Part shown: one piece after another, positions 7,463 through 17,141 of the stretch | Position numbering within the stretch: the stretch's first letter is position 1 | Layout: every line of letters starts with the position of its first letter | Source: an uncultured Lachnospiraceae bacterium | Lineage (GTDB): Bacteria > Bacillota > Clostridia > Oscillospirales > CAG-272 | NCBI GenBank assembly: GCA_964579815.1 | Contig: CAZOHP010000003.1 | Coordinates: 1 to 37,520 of the forward strand | Length of the DNA stretch: 37,520 nucleotides | Direction: 5' to 3' | Program-made: the position numbers and the translations under genes | Notes under the pieces: generated by a model | The model's database searches: none | The model's input: only the letters and a program-made list of their open reading frames with translations | Told to the model about the DNA's origin: nothing

Positions 7463-9936
7463 AACTGCTTTCTCTTCATATCGAAAACTTCGGCACCTTA
7501 CACGAGGTGGACGAGCATTTCGATGAGGGCTTGAATGTCCGTCTACACCCCAACGGCTACGGCAAAAGCACACTGGCCGTTTTTATCAAAGCCATACTGT
7601 ACGGACTCCCCGTGACCACACGTCGCTCGCTCATCGAAAACGAGCGCAAGCGCTATACGCCTTGGCAAGGTGGAGCATACGGCGGCAGTTTGGACATTGA
7701 AATCGACGGTAAGGCCTACCGCATTGAGCGTCTGTTCGGCGCAAAGGAATCCGATGATACGCTCGCCGTGCTGTCGCTGGAAACAGGCGAGGCGGTCCGC
7801 GAGGACTGGGCGGTAGCCCCGGGCGAGCGATTGTTCGGCGTCGGAATCGCCGCTTACGAACGCTCGGCTTATATTTCTCAGCGCCCCGATGAGTTGACGA
7901 AAGACGGCATGGACAGCATCCATGCCAAACTCAACCATATGGATGCCGTCGCCGATGATCTGGGAAATTTTGACATTGCAATGACGGCATTGGAGCATCG
8001 CCGTCAGTATTACGCTCATATACGCGGCCGCGGCGGCGCCATTGCCGATAGCGAAGACACTCTTGCGGTGTTGGAAAACCGCGTAGAGGAATGTCAGCGC
8101 GCGCGCGACGCGCTCGCCGCCACACATCGCCGCATAGACGAAGCGGAACGCGCCATTAAGCAAATCAACGACGAGTTGGCCGTCCTGCAAGAAAAAGAAA
8201 GTGCTTTGCATCGCGCCCGCGAGGCCAAAGCCATCGAGGATCGCATGGCGGCCGCAGAACAAGAGCAGGCAATGTTGCGCAAGCAAATCGAAGCACTGCG
8301 CCATGACCTTGGCGGAACTGTTCCCACCGATGCCATGATAGGAGCACTGGAGGAGGCACTGGCCGCGCGCGACGCGGCAACCGGACTGATCTCAAGCATA
8401 ATACCGGATGAACACGAGATCGAACAACTGCAAATTCTGCAAACACGCTTCGGCAACAAAATCCCCACGCCGGAACAATGGGAGACGCTACGCCGTTTCG
8501 CTGTCGACAGCAGCCGAAGCGCACTGCTTGCCGAAAATCTTGCGTCATCGCCGAATGCGTCCGCGCGTTTCACGGAAGATCGCTTACAGGAACTTCTCCG
8601 AGAGCGACAGACGCTGAACAATCGCCTCGGGCAAGCGACAGCCGCACGCGATGAGATCGATGACTCCACCGTCGGCCGCGCCCCCGCAAATTTCGCCTTG
8701 ATCTGCGCCGCACTGATCGCACTCGGGCTGATGATCGGCGGAATATTTCTGTTACCGTTGCTCTTTGTCGGTGTAGCAATCGCCATCGGTACTGCCATCA
8801 TCGCGATACGGCAAAAAGGTCGCCGCACCACGCAGGTCAAATCATCGATACTCAAGGCCGCTCGGCTGGATAGCGAAATCGCAACTTTGCAAAACGACAT
8901 TCACGCAACGGAAATTCGCATCACCGCCGCCGAGCACGATGCGCGTTTCACATCGCTTTGGAAAGAACTGCTCTCGGGACTGCCCTGCCCCGCGCCGACG
9001 GATGCGCCGTCGCAAGTGGAGCGCGTGTACGCCGATGCCCGGCGTTTGTGTACACTGCGCGCCAAGCAGGCCGAGCAAGCCGAATCCGTCGCGCGCGGCA
9101 ACGCAGTGCGAAAGCGCGCCGAGGAAACCATCCGAACATTGCTTGCTCCCATGCCGAATGCCCCCACCGACGCCGCACAAGCGCTACGCCGACTGACGGA
9201 ACAGCGCGTGGTACTGTCGGACTGTATCGCACGCTATGATCGCAAGCAACAGGAACTCGCCCGGTTGCGCGAGCAATACGACATTGAGGGAGAAGCACAT
9301 CGCGCCGCGTTGAAATCGGCCGAAACAACAGACGAAACGGAACTGCAAACGGCACGCGACGCCCTGCAAGCGGAACTGTCGCTCCGGTCGCAGACGCTGT
9401 TGCGCGAGCAACAAGCCGCCGAACGGTTGCGCGTCGAGGCAGATGAGTTAGACGAGTCGGAAAACGAAAAGGCGCGACGTCTTGCGATACTGGAAGAACA
9501 AAAAAGCAATCTTGATGCAATCCTGCAGGCCGAAAAATACCTTAAACTTGCTCGAGAACATCTGTCAAGCCGATATCTCTCCACCATGCAACAGCGTTTC
9601 GGACATTATATGCAACTTTTAACGGGGCGTGATGCCCCCGTATTCACCATGGACGGACAATTCCGCGTCAAAATGCGGGCGGCGGGAGCGGGGCGGGATA
9701 CCGATGCATTCAGTGTCGGCACGCGTGATTTGATCGCACTGTGCGAGCGCCTGGCTCTGCTGGATACCATGTATGAGGGCAACCGTCCTTTCTTGGTTTT
9801 GGATGACCCGTTCACCAACATGGACGACGATACCATCCGACGGGCCCATCGGTTGCTGCGCACCGTTTCGGAGCGTTACCAACTGCTCTATTTAACCTGC
9901 CATTCGGGGCGCGCCCCCCACGAAAACGATATTTGA
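7459..9936 (+). CDS. SbcC/SMC-like AAA ATPase with long coiled coils and a central double-TM hairpin (YhaN/SbcE type)
   Basis: N-terminus MKLLSLHIENFG and Walker A HPNGYGKST. C-terminal signature and Walker B are FSVGTRD...PFLVLDDPF. Coiled-coil composition is rich in A/E/R/L/Q. A hydrophobic stretch FALICAALIALGLMIGGIFLLPLLFVGVAIAIGTAIIAI sits in the middle of the protein. The ATG at 7459 overlaps the upstream stop. Confidence 0.8.
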   Translation: MKLLSLHIENFGTLHEVDEHFDEGLNVRLHPNGYGKSTLAVFIKAILYGLPVTTRRSLIENERKRYTPWQGGAYGGSLDIEIDGKAYRIERLFGAKESDDTLAVLSLETGEAVREDWAVAPGERLFGVGIAAYERSAYISQRPDELTKDGMDSIHAKLNHMDAVADDLGNFDIAMTALEHRRQYYAHIRGRGGAIADSEDTLAVLENRVEECQRARDALAATHRRIDEAERAIKQINDELAVLQEKESALHRAREAKAIEDRMAAAEQEQAMLRKQIEALRHDLGGTVPTDAMIGALEEALAARDAATGLISSIIPDEHEIEQLQILQTRFGNKIPTPEQWETLRRFAVDSSRSALLAENLASSPNASARFTEDRLQELLRERQTLNNRLGQATAARDEIDDSTVGRAPANFALICAALIALGLMIGGIFLLPLLFVGVAIAIGTAIIAIRQKGRRTTQVKSSILKAARLDSEIATLQNDIHATEIRITAAEHDARFTSLWKELLSGLPCPAPTDAPSQVERVYADARRLCTLRAKQAEQAESVARGNAVRKRAEETIRTLLAPMPNAPTDAAQALRRLTEQRVVLSDCIARYDRKQQELARLREQYDIEGEAHRAALKSAETTDETELQTARDALQAELSLRSQTLLREQQAAERLRVEADELDESENEKARRLAILEEQKSNLDAILQAEKYLKLAREHLSSRYLSTMQQRFGHYMQLLTGRDAPVFTMDGQFRVKMRAAGAGRDTDAFSVGTRDLIALCERLALLDTMYEGNRPFLVLDDPFTNMDDDTIRRAHRLLRTVSERYQLLYLTCHSGRAPHENDI

Positions 9937-9945
9937 GGAAATGAT

Positions 9946-11076
9946 ATGAAAATTCAACTTGTAGCAACCTGCCTGTTCGGCCTTGAGCATCTGCTCGGCG
10001 AGGAATTGGACGCGCTGGGACTTCGCCGCATCAAAACAATGGACGGGCGCGTGATCTTTGAGGGAGAAGAACGGGATATCGCCCGCGCCAACATCCATCT
10101 GCGCTGTGCGGAACGCGTGTTTATCTTGATGGGACATTTTTATGCATCCACGTTCGATGAATTGTACGAGGGCACACGTGCGCTTGACTGGTCCGCGTGG
10201 ATCGGCAAGCAGGACGCTTTTCCCGTCAGCGGACACAGCATCAAAAGCACCTTAACCTCCATTCCCGCTTGCCAAAAGATCGTCAACCGCGCCGTGGCAG
10301 ACGCGCTCTCCGCGCGCTACGGCATCAAGTGGTTCGAGCAGAACAGTGGAGTGACCTATGCCATCGAATTTTTCCTGCTCAAAAATGAAGCGATGTTGCT
10401 CATTGACACTTCCGGCGCAGCGCTTCACAAGCGAGGTTATCGTCCTCACGCAGGTGCGGCTCCGTTACGCGAAACGTTGGCGGCAGCCATGGCATTGACC
10501 GCTCGTCCCCGTCCCGATATACTGTTTTGGGATCCCTTTTGCGGTTCGGGCACCATTGCCATCGAAACAGCCATGATCTTGCAAAATCGTGCGCCGGGGC
10601 TGGGGCGCACTTTCGCGGGAGAACGGTTTTCCCGACTGAGTCCCGCCTTATGGCAAGATGTACGCGATGCGGCCAAAGCCGCCGTACGCGAGGACGCGGA
10701 CTGTGAGGTCCGAGCCTCCGACATTGACGAGGCTATGACCGATATGACCTACGAATGCGCACTGCGCGCGGGGGTAGAGCCCTGCATGAACATTTTCACC
10801 GCCGACGCACGAACCATCGAAAAACCTCCGTGCCGCGGTACTATTTTGTGTAACCCGCCCTATGGCGAGAGAATGATGACACAGGCCGAAGTCGAACAAC
10901 TTTATCGCGCCGTAGGCAAACACTTTGCAACTTTCGAGCCGTGGCAAATCTACATCTTGACCTCATGTGAATATTTCGAGCGACTGTACGGTCGCCGTGC
11001 CGACAAGGTTCGCAAACTTTACAACGGCATGCTCCCCTGCTCGCTTTACCAATTTTTCCGCCCCGTGCGGCAGTGA
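9946..11076 (+). CDS. THUMP-domain class I SAM-dependent RNA methyltransferase (RlmL/YpsC-like)
   Basis: N-terminal THUMP-like region, DPFCGSGTI SAM motif, and NPPYGER catalytic motif. Confidence 0.85.
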   Translation: MKIQLVATCLFGLEHLLGEELDALGLRRIKTMDGRVIFEGEERDIARANIHLRCAERVFILMGHFYASTFDELYEGTRALDWSAWIGKQDAFPVSGHSIKSTLTSIPACQKIVNRAVADALSARYGIKWFEQNSGVTYAIEFFLLKNEAMLLIDTSGAALHKRGYRPHAGAAPLRETLAAAMALTARPRPDILFWDPFCGSGTIAIETAMILQNRAPGLGRTFAGERFSRLSPALWQDVRDAAKAAVREDADCEVRASDIDEAMTDMTYECALRAGVEPCMNIFTADARTIEKPPCRGTILCNPPYGERMMTQAEVEQLYRAVGKHFATFEPWQIYILTSCEYFERLYGRRADKVRKLYNGMLPCSLYQFFRPVRQ

Positions 11077-11094
11077 CTCCCACTCATGTCTCGC

Positions 11095-11131
11095 GCCCGC
11101 TGTTTTGATCACAAAACAGCGGGCATTTTTT
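11095..11131 (+). terminator. Intrinsic terminator after the methyltransferase gene
   Basis: GCCCGCTGTTTTG-ATCA-CAAAACAGCGGGC followed by ATTTTTT. Confidence 0.9.
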
Positions 11132-11283
11132 CGTCCGAGCATTTCCGCATGATTTCCGAGTTCGCATTTTGTCGAACAATTTTTCGGCCCCGCCGCCTCC
11201 ATACGACGGATTTCGCCCAAAGTCGCACACAACGGCTGATATAATGACATCGACAGCAAAATCCGAAAGGAAGTGAAACAATC

Positions 11284-13020
11284 ATGAATACAAAAGAAAA
11301 AAGCAAAAAAATATTCCGCGCGGGCGTAATCGTGTGCCTGTTCGTCCTGTGGTTAGTCCTGCTCACCATGACGGCAAGCGCCGAAATTTACGTTGGGCGA
11401 TACGGCGGACAGGTCGCTTGGTCGTTTGAGGCGGATACGGGCGAATTGCGCATATACGCCGACTGCGGCACGCAATCTCCGGGATGGCAACCGATGGCAG
11501 AACAGATTCGAACGGTCTACATCGCGCCGGGCACCACACGCATTCCCGACGCCGCCTTTCGCGGCTGTACCGCGCTGACGGAACTGTCGTTTCCCGATAC
11601 CGTCACCGTCATCGGCGCCTACGCCTTTGACGGTTGTAGCGCCCTGACGGACGTCACCTTGCCCGAAAGTTTAACTTATATCGGCGAGCATGCCCTGCGC
11701 GGTTGCACCTTGCTGAAGCGCTTGCAATACACCGGAAGTTCGGAACAGTGGGAAATGCTGTGCGTGCGCGTAGCCGCCGTGCAAGGTAACGACACGCTCA
11801 CCGCCCGAGTTCCCACCTACACACGACCCACCTACACATTGACCGTCGTCTACATCAACGCCGACACGGGAGAGACCGTCGCGCCGAACGTCACGCGAAC
11901 GCTGACTTTCGGTTCCGGAACGACAGTCCCCTCTCCCATGGTGGACATGCACGAGGCGGACGAGCGAACCGTTGTCGTCACGGGCATTGCCGCCGACACA
12001 ACGGTAACGGTTCGTTATCATCGTACCCAATGCAGTGTGCAACTCCATTTCGTCGACGAACAAAAAAACGTCGTTCTTCCCTCCCAACGCCTTGCGGTTG
12101 CCTACGGCAGTTCACTTTCCTTTAGCGCCCCGGCAGTCGAGGGCTATCTCATCGATTCGGCTCAAAGCAACTTGGAACTGGAACATGTCACAAGCGCTAC
12201 CACCGAACACACGTTTGTTTACTCCGTCCGCCGTTTGTCGGTGACACTGCATTGCCTTGACGAAAACGGGCAGGCCCTGTGCGAGCCGCCGGTACTCAAC
12301 GATATTCCCTACGGCGGCGATTATCGCTTGGAACTTCCCGTGCTGGACGGATACCTTCGCCCGACCGACTTTGCCGAGGGCAGCGGCATTGTGGAAAATC
12401 TCACGCTTGCCTATCACTACACGCCGCGTTATTTCACCTTAACATTGCGCTATATTGACACCGACGGGGTGATATTGGCCGATGACGAGGAAGTCACGGT
12501 GCGCTACGGAACGACTTTTTCGCGCGCACCCAGGCCTCTGGAGGGCTACCAACCATGTTCCGGCGAGATCACACTCTCGCAGTTGACACACTCGCAGTCG
12601 ATCGAGGTGGTTTATGAACGATCGTCCTACACCCTGACCGTTCTGCATGTGGCAACGGACGGAACTTTACTGCAACAAACGCGGCAAACATTGCTCTACG
12701 GCCAGCCCTATACGCTGACACCGCTGTCGTTCACCGACTACACCATGTCGGAAGAGCAACCGTCCGCGCTCAGCGGCAGTATGCCCGCTTCTCCTTTGAC
12801 CGTCACGATACAATATCGCATCCGAGAGCCGTCGAATCTGCCCGATGCAAGCGACCCTCAAGAAGATGTTCCGTCGCCGACACAAGAGCCATCGAACAAA
12901 CCTCTTTGGTTGCTTGTCGGACTGTGCATGTTGATCGGCGTGTTCGGCATTGCTTTGCTGTTCGTCAACACCGTCTTGTGGCGCCGTCACCGAGCATCGG
13001 AGCCCGGCGCGGAAAAATAA
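11284..13020 (+). CDS. Cell-surface protein: signal peptide, BspA-type LRRs, five MucBP-like repeats, C-terminal TM anchor
   Basis: N-terminal signal ...LLTMTASA. LRR units contain AFRGCTALTEL and AFDGCSALTDV. Five roughly 70-aa repeats are visible (YTLTVVYINADTGE.., CSVQLHFVDEQ.., LSVTLHCLDENG.., FTLTLRYIDTDG.., YTLTVLHVATDG..). A P/S/E-rich linker leads to a hydrophobic helix followed by RRHR. An extended -10 (TGaTATAAT) lies at 11237-11245. Confidence 0.85.
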   Translation: MNTKEKSKKIFRAGVIVCLFVLWLVLLTMTASAEIYVGRYGGQVAWSFEADTGELRIYADCGTQSPGWQPMAEQIRTVYIAPGTTRIPDAAFRGCTALTELSFPDTVTVIGAYAFDGCSALTDVTLPESLTYIGEHALRGCTLLKRLQYTGSSEQWEMLCVRVAAVQGNDTLTARVPTYTRPTYTLTVVYINADTGETVAPNVTRTLTFGSGTTVPSPMVDMHEADERTVVVTGIAADTTVTVRYHRTQCSVQLHFVDEQKNVVLPSQRLAVAYGSSLSFSAPAVEGYLIDSAQSNLELEHVTSATTEHTFVYSVRRLSVTLHCLDENGQALCEPPVLNDIPYGGDYRLELPVLDGYLRPTDFAEGSGIVENLTLAYHYTPRYFTLTLRYIDTDGVILADDEEVTVRYGTTFSRAPRPLEGYQPCSGEITLSQLTHSQSIEVVYERSSYTLTVLHVATDGTLLQQTRQTLLYGQPYTLTPLSFTDYTMSEEQPSALSGSMPASPLTVTIQYRIREPSNLPDASDPQEDVPSPTQEPSNKPLWLLVGLCMLIGVFGIALLFVNTVLWRRHRASEPGAEK

Positions 13021-13053
13021 AAAAAGAGCGAGTTGGTAACTCGCTCTTTTTTT
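13021..13053 (+). terminator. Intrinsic terminator
   Basis: AGAGCGAGTT-GGT-AACTCGCTCT followed by TTTTTT. Confidence 0.9.
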
Positions 13054-13115
13054 GTTTACTGTTTTTGTTTTTGTTTTTCGGTTCGAAATAAATTGTATTT
13101 TATTACAAAAAACGC

Positions 13116-13144
13116 TTGACAAGGACCGATAAATATGTTATAGT
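13116..13144 (+). promoter_or_regulatory. Sigma-70 promoter for the FGE-GH fusion gene
   Basis: TTGACA, 17-nt spacer, TGtTATAGT, preceded by a T-rich UP-like tract. Confidence 0.75.
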
Positions 13145-13207
13145 TACGTCAACCGAGGCGGGAAAACCGAACGGCCACACAAAATCATATCAATATTGGA
13201 GGCAAAC

Positions 13208-15871
13208 ATGGAACAGTTCAAATCATGCAAAGACGGTAAAAGAATGATTTACATTCCCGGCGGAAAATTTTTCATGGGCTCGGAAAAAGGATATGGGGAA
13301 GAAAAGCCCGTTCATGAAGCGGAAGTTGCGCCTTTCTATATGGACGAGACACTTGTCACCAACGCCGAATTTCGCGCCTTTTGCGATGCAACGGGACATC
13401 CTTACCCCGCATCGCCGCGTTGGCTCGATATGCCCGATTATTTTTTGAACTATCCCGATTATCCCGTTGTCAACATTTCCCGCCAAGCGGCCCAAGCCTA
13501 CGCTAAGTGGGCCGGCAAACGCCTGCCGACCGAGGCGGAATGGGAATTTGCCGCCGCCGGCGGTTTGAACGCCCCCACCTACCCTTGGGGAGAAGAGGAG
13601 CCCAACGGCTCGCTGGCCAATTTTGCCGACAAAAACAGCGAATTTACATGGCGTGACAGCATGTCGGATGACGGCTATCGGTACACTTCCCCCGTTGCCA
13701 CCTATCCTCCCAACGGCTACGGCCTTTACGATATGGCCGGCAATGTTTATCAAATGGTGGAAGATTGGTTTTTCAGCTATAACGATACGGTGCATAACAC
13801 AGAGGTATTCAAAGACGGTTGGGGGGGCTCGCGCGTAGCTCGCGGCGGTTGCTTTTATTCGTTAAAAAAAGATCTTCGCATCGCTCGCCGTTTCAAACTC
13901 AGCGGTGCCACGGACGAATTGGGCTTCCGTTGCGTCAAAGATCTTGACGGCGTCGTCCACGAAGAACGCGACGTGCTGGTTTACAAGACTTCCGAAGCGG
14001 GCTGGGAGAAAAAAATCGAACAAATGAACGTTCGCGTTCCCGATGGTCAAGAATTGTGTGTCGGAATCGGCCCGACTTCCAATTCCGTTGAACTGCGCAG
14101 ACTGCACCATATGGGCGTCACCTCAGTCGAGCAGTACGTCACTTGGCAGACCTGCGAAAACCGTGGCGAGGGCGAGTGGGATTTCTCGCATTGGGATGCC
14201 GAAGTCGAAAAAATCAAGGCCGCCGGGCTCAAGTGGTTGCCTTTTCTCATCGCCGGCCCCGCCTATTCCCTGCCCGACTGGTATCGCGAGCACCGCGAAT
14301 TTGAAGGCCTTGTTTGCATGGAACATAATATCGAGAGCAAAGTCCAAACGTTTTGGGACAAGCGTTTCTATCATTACGTGGAGCGTTTTCTCAAGGCTTT
14401 TGCCGAACATTATAAGGACACCGAAATCTTTGAGGGGCTGCTGTTCGGTATCACCGGTGACTTCGGCGAGGCTATCGTTCCCGTTTGGGGCGGTTCAAGC
14501 AGTATCACCAAGCAGATTCCCGGTTTTTATCACACCCATTCCGGCTATTGGTGCGGCGATCGTTTCGCACGCAAAGACTTTATCCGCTTTGCCACCGAAA
14601 AATACGGTACACCGGAAAACATTGAAAACGCTTGGGGCATTCGTGTTCCAACGCTCGCTTCCGTCACCCCGCCGCACGTAACGTCGGACGCCGAGCAGTT
14701 TCGTATAGGCGAGCCTACACATGCCGGGGTGTTTGAACCGAAAACAATTCAAGAGCGCCGCTATTGGACCGACTTCATCGATTGGTACCGCTCTTCTATG
14801 ACCGAATATGCCTCTTTCTGGATGAAAACGGCACGCAAGTATTTCCCCGACACCGAGTTGTATCTGTGCACGGGCGGTGCCGCCGAACCTTGGCATGCTT
14901 CCGAATTTGCTCAGCAAAGCAAAATCAGCGCCGAGGTAGGGGGCGGCGTGCGTATCACCAACGAGGCGTCCAACTATCAAAATAATTTCGTCGTGACCAA
15001 CTGGGTTGCCTCTGCCTCCACTTATTACGGCGGTTATTTCAGTTTTGAACCCGCAGGGCAAGTGACCGAGCGAGGCGTGGTCTGCCGCGTTTACAATGCG
15101 GCCGCCACAGGCGCAAAATCGTTGCATTATTACTACGGCAACCTTTTGGGCAACGAAGACCGCGTCAACAATTTTGCAAACAACGCCGCATATCTGCACG
15201 AGGGCGGCATCAAGCGTGAGATCGGTCTGCTTTACCCCGACACGCCCATCGTCCTTCAACCCTCACGCATGGGGCAAATGCACAGCACATTCGGATTGTT
15301 GCGCGACTATACCGACTATGTCTTTGCCTGCGACACGACCATCGCCGACGGCATTCTCGATGGATTGCGTGTGCTCATCATCACCATGGACGGCTACTAC
15401 AAAACAAAAACTTTGCAAGCCATCCGTGACTTTGCGGAGAGAGGCGGCTTGCTCATCGGCATCAATTTGGATACCTTGCGCGACTTAGACCGAGATGAAG
15501 ATTATTTGAGTCTGTTGTTCGGTGAGAACGGCAAGACGATCGGCAAGGGTAAGTCATTGCTCATTCGCGGTACGCTGGGCGCCAAAGCGGAAGAAACCGG
15601 AACATCGTCTAACTTCAAAGTCAGCAACACGCCCTCCACGCTTCTCGCCGTGCAGCGCGAGGTGTGCGATGTCATGACCGCTTTCCTAAACGAAAACGGC
15701 TATTATCCCTCGGACGGTCAGTTGGACGGCGTTTACACCGCCGAACGCTATGGCAAAATATTGACCATGAATTATTCGGGCCACGACGTTGAGCGCGACT
15801 TTACCCGCCCCGATGGCTCGACTTTCCATCGCACCGTCAAAGATTTGGCCATCGAAGAATACGACATCTGA
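13208..15871 (+). CDS. Fusion protein: N-terminal FGE/SUMF1 (formylglycine-generating enzyme family) domain plus a C-terminal glycoside-hydrolase-like TIM barrel (GH14/GH42-like)
   Basis: Residues ~10-250 carry the textbook FGE-sulfatase motifs ([27 protein letters not shown]...[49 protein letters not shown]). The rest contains [20 protein letters not shown]...AGLKWLPF and GITGDFGE. There is no signal peptide. ATG at 13208 follows a GGAGG. Confidence 0.8.
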   Translation: MEQFKSCKDGKRMIYIPGGKFFMGSEKGYGEEKPVHEAEVAPFYMDETLVTNAEFRAFCDATGHPYPASPRWLDMPDYFLNYPDYPVVNISRQAAQAYAKWAGKRLPTEAEWEFAAAGGLNAPTYPWGEEEPNGSLANFADKNSEFTWRDSMSDDGYRYTSPVATYPPNGYGLYDMAGNVYQMVEDWFFSYNDTVHNTEVFKDGWGGSRVARGGCFYSLKKDLRIARRFKLSGATDELGFRCVKDLDGVVHEERDVLVYKTSEAGWEKKIEQMNVRVPDGQELCVGIGPTSNSVELRRLHHMGVTSVEQYVTWQTCENRGEGEWDFSHWDAEVEKIKAAGLKWLPFLIAGPAYSLPDWYREHREFEGLVCMEHNIESKVQTFWDKRFYHYVERFLKAFAEHYKDTEIFEGLLFGITGDFGEAIVPVWGGSSSITKQIPGFYHTHSGYWCGDRFARKDFIRFATEKYGTPENIENAWGIRVPTLASVTPPHVTSDAEQFRIGEPTHAGVFEPKTIQERRYWTDFIDWYRSSMTEYASFWMKTARKYFPDTELYLCTGGAAEPWHASEFAQQSKISAEVGGGVRITNEASNYQNNFVVTNWVASASTYYGGYFSFEPAGQVTERGVVCRVYNAAATGAKSLHYYYGNLLGNEDRVNNFANNAAYLHEGGIKREIGLLYPDTPIVLQPSRMGQMHSTFGLLRDYTDYVFACDTTIADGILDGLRVLIITMDGYYKTKTLQAIRDFAERGGLLIGINLDTLRDLDRDEDYLSLLFGENGKTIGKGKSLLIRGTLGAKAEETGTSSNFKVSNTPSTLLAVQREVCDVMTAFLNENGYYPSDGQLDGVYTAERYGKILTMNYSGHDVERDFTRPDGSTFHRTVKDLAIEEYDI

Positions 15872-15909
15872 GCATACGCGATATTATCGTACAGAGAAGA
15901 GAGTATAAT

Positions 15910-17043
15910 ATGAATTTAATGAACGACAAAAAACTCGGCTTCGGTCTGATGCGTTTACCGTTGCACGACCCAAATGACCCCAAAAGCATTGACATCGAGC
16001 ACACATGCCGCATGGTCGATGAATTTCTCGCGCGTGGTTTCACTTACTTCGACACCGCATGGATGTATTGCGGTTTCGAGAGCGAAAACGCCATCCGCAA
16101 AGCGCTTGTGGAGCGGTACCCCCGAGAAAGTTACACCTTAGCCGATAAATTACACGCGAGTTTCCTCACATGCGCCGAAGACAGAGATCGCATTTTCAAT
16201 GAGCAACGCGCCAAAACGGGCGTTGAATATTTCGACTACTATCTCATTCACGACGTCGGCATGGATCATTACGAGATCTACAAAAAATATGATTGCTTCA
16301 ACTGGGCTCGCGAAAAAAAGGCACAGGGACTCATCCGACAACTCGGTTTTTCTTTCCATGACAGCGCCGAAATGCTCGAAAAAGTGCTCAGCGAACAACC
16401 CGATATGGATTTCGTTCAATTGCAACTCAACTATTTGGATTGGGAAAGCGAGGGCATCCAGTCACGCAAATGCTATGAAGTAGCACGTCGCCACGGCGTT
16501 GACATCATCGTCATGGAGCCGGTCAAAGGCGGTACGCTGGCCAAAGTGCCCCCCGCTGTCGAGAAGTTGTTCAAATCGTACAACAGCACCGCGTCCATCC
16601 CATCCTGGGCCATCCGTTTTGCCGCCGGATTGGAGGGCGTCAAAATGGTACTCTCGGGCATGAGCAATATGGAGCAATTGCTTGACAACACCGGTTATAT
16701 GGCCGATTTCAAGCCACTTTCCGACGAGGAACAACAACTCGTCCGACAGGCCGTTGCACTCATCAACTCCACGGTCGTTATCCCCTGCACCGGTTGTGCG
16801 TATTGCGTGGACGGCTGTCCTCAAAACATCGCCATTCCGCGCTATTTCTCCCTTTACAACGCAGATCGCCAAGAGGCTGACGGCAAAAAATGGACTCCTC
16901 AGGGCGAATACTACGAACGTCTGACCGCCAAATTCGGCAAGGCCGGCGATTGTATCGGTTGTGGCCAGTGTGAAGCCGCCTGCCCTCAGCACCTTCCGGT
17001 CATCAAACTTCTCAAAGAAGTGGCAGAGCACTTTGAACCGTAA
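15910..17043 (+). CDS. Aldo/keto reductase with a C-terminal 4Fe-4S ferredoxin-type domain
   Basis: AKR N-terminus LGFGLMRLP and FDTAWMY. C-terminal cluster motifs [12 protein letters not shown] and [12 protein letters not shown]. Confidence 0.85.
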   Translation: MNLMNDKKLGFGLMRLPLHDPNDPKSIDIEHTCRMVDEFLARGFTYFDTAWMYCGFESENAIRKALVERYPRESYTLADKLHASFLTCAEDRDRIFNEQRAKTGVEYFDYYLIHDVGMDHYEIYKKYDCFNWAREKKAQGLIRQLGFSFHDSAEMLEKVLSEQPDMDFVQLQLNYLDWESEGIQSRKCYEVARRHGVDIIVMEPVKGGTLAKVPPAVEKLFKSYNSTASIPSWAIRFAAGLEGVKMVLSGMSNMEQLLDNTGYMADFKPLSDEEQQLVRQAVALINSTVVIPCTGCAYCVDGCPQNIAIPRYFSLYNADRQEADGKKWTPQGEYYERLTAKFGKAGDCIGCGQCEAACPQHLPVIKLLKEVAEHFEP

Positions 17044-17091
17044 CCGCGCGTGAAAACTCTTTCCGAAAAACACTTTCGTCGAAAAAACAAC

Positions 17092-17141
17092 AAACAAAAA
17101 GGCGCTCGCCGCAAAGGTAACTCAGCGGCAAGCGCCTCTCT
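17092..17141. terminator. Bidirectional terminator between the AKR gene and mnmE
   Basis: GGCGCTCGCCGC...GCGGCAAGCGCC stem (one mismatch), with an A-run upstream and a T-rich run downstream. Confidence 0.7.

Noticed and set aside
6374-9936. SbcD/SbcC-like pair as a novel anti-phage defence system.
   Set aside because: The architecture (metallophosphoesterase plus a membrane-hairpin SMC-like ATPase), its translational coupling to rsmA and its housekeeping neighbourhood fit the conserved YhaO/YhaN repair module better. I kept it only as a low-interest finding.
13061-13078. (GTTTTT)x3 microsatellite.
   Set aside because: It is only three units long and lies in the T-rich zone between a terminator and the next promoter. 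It most likely belongs to the terminator tail or an UP element.
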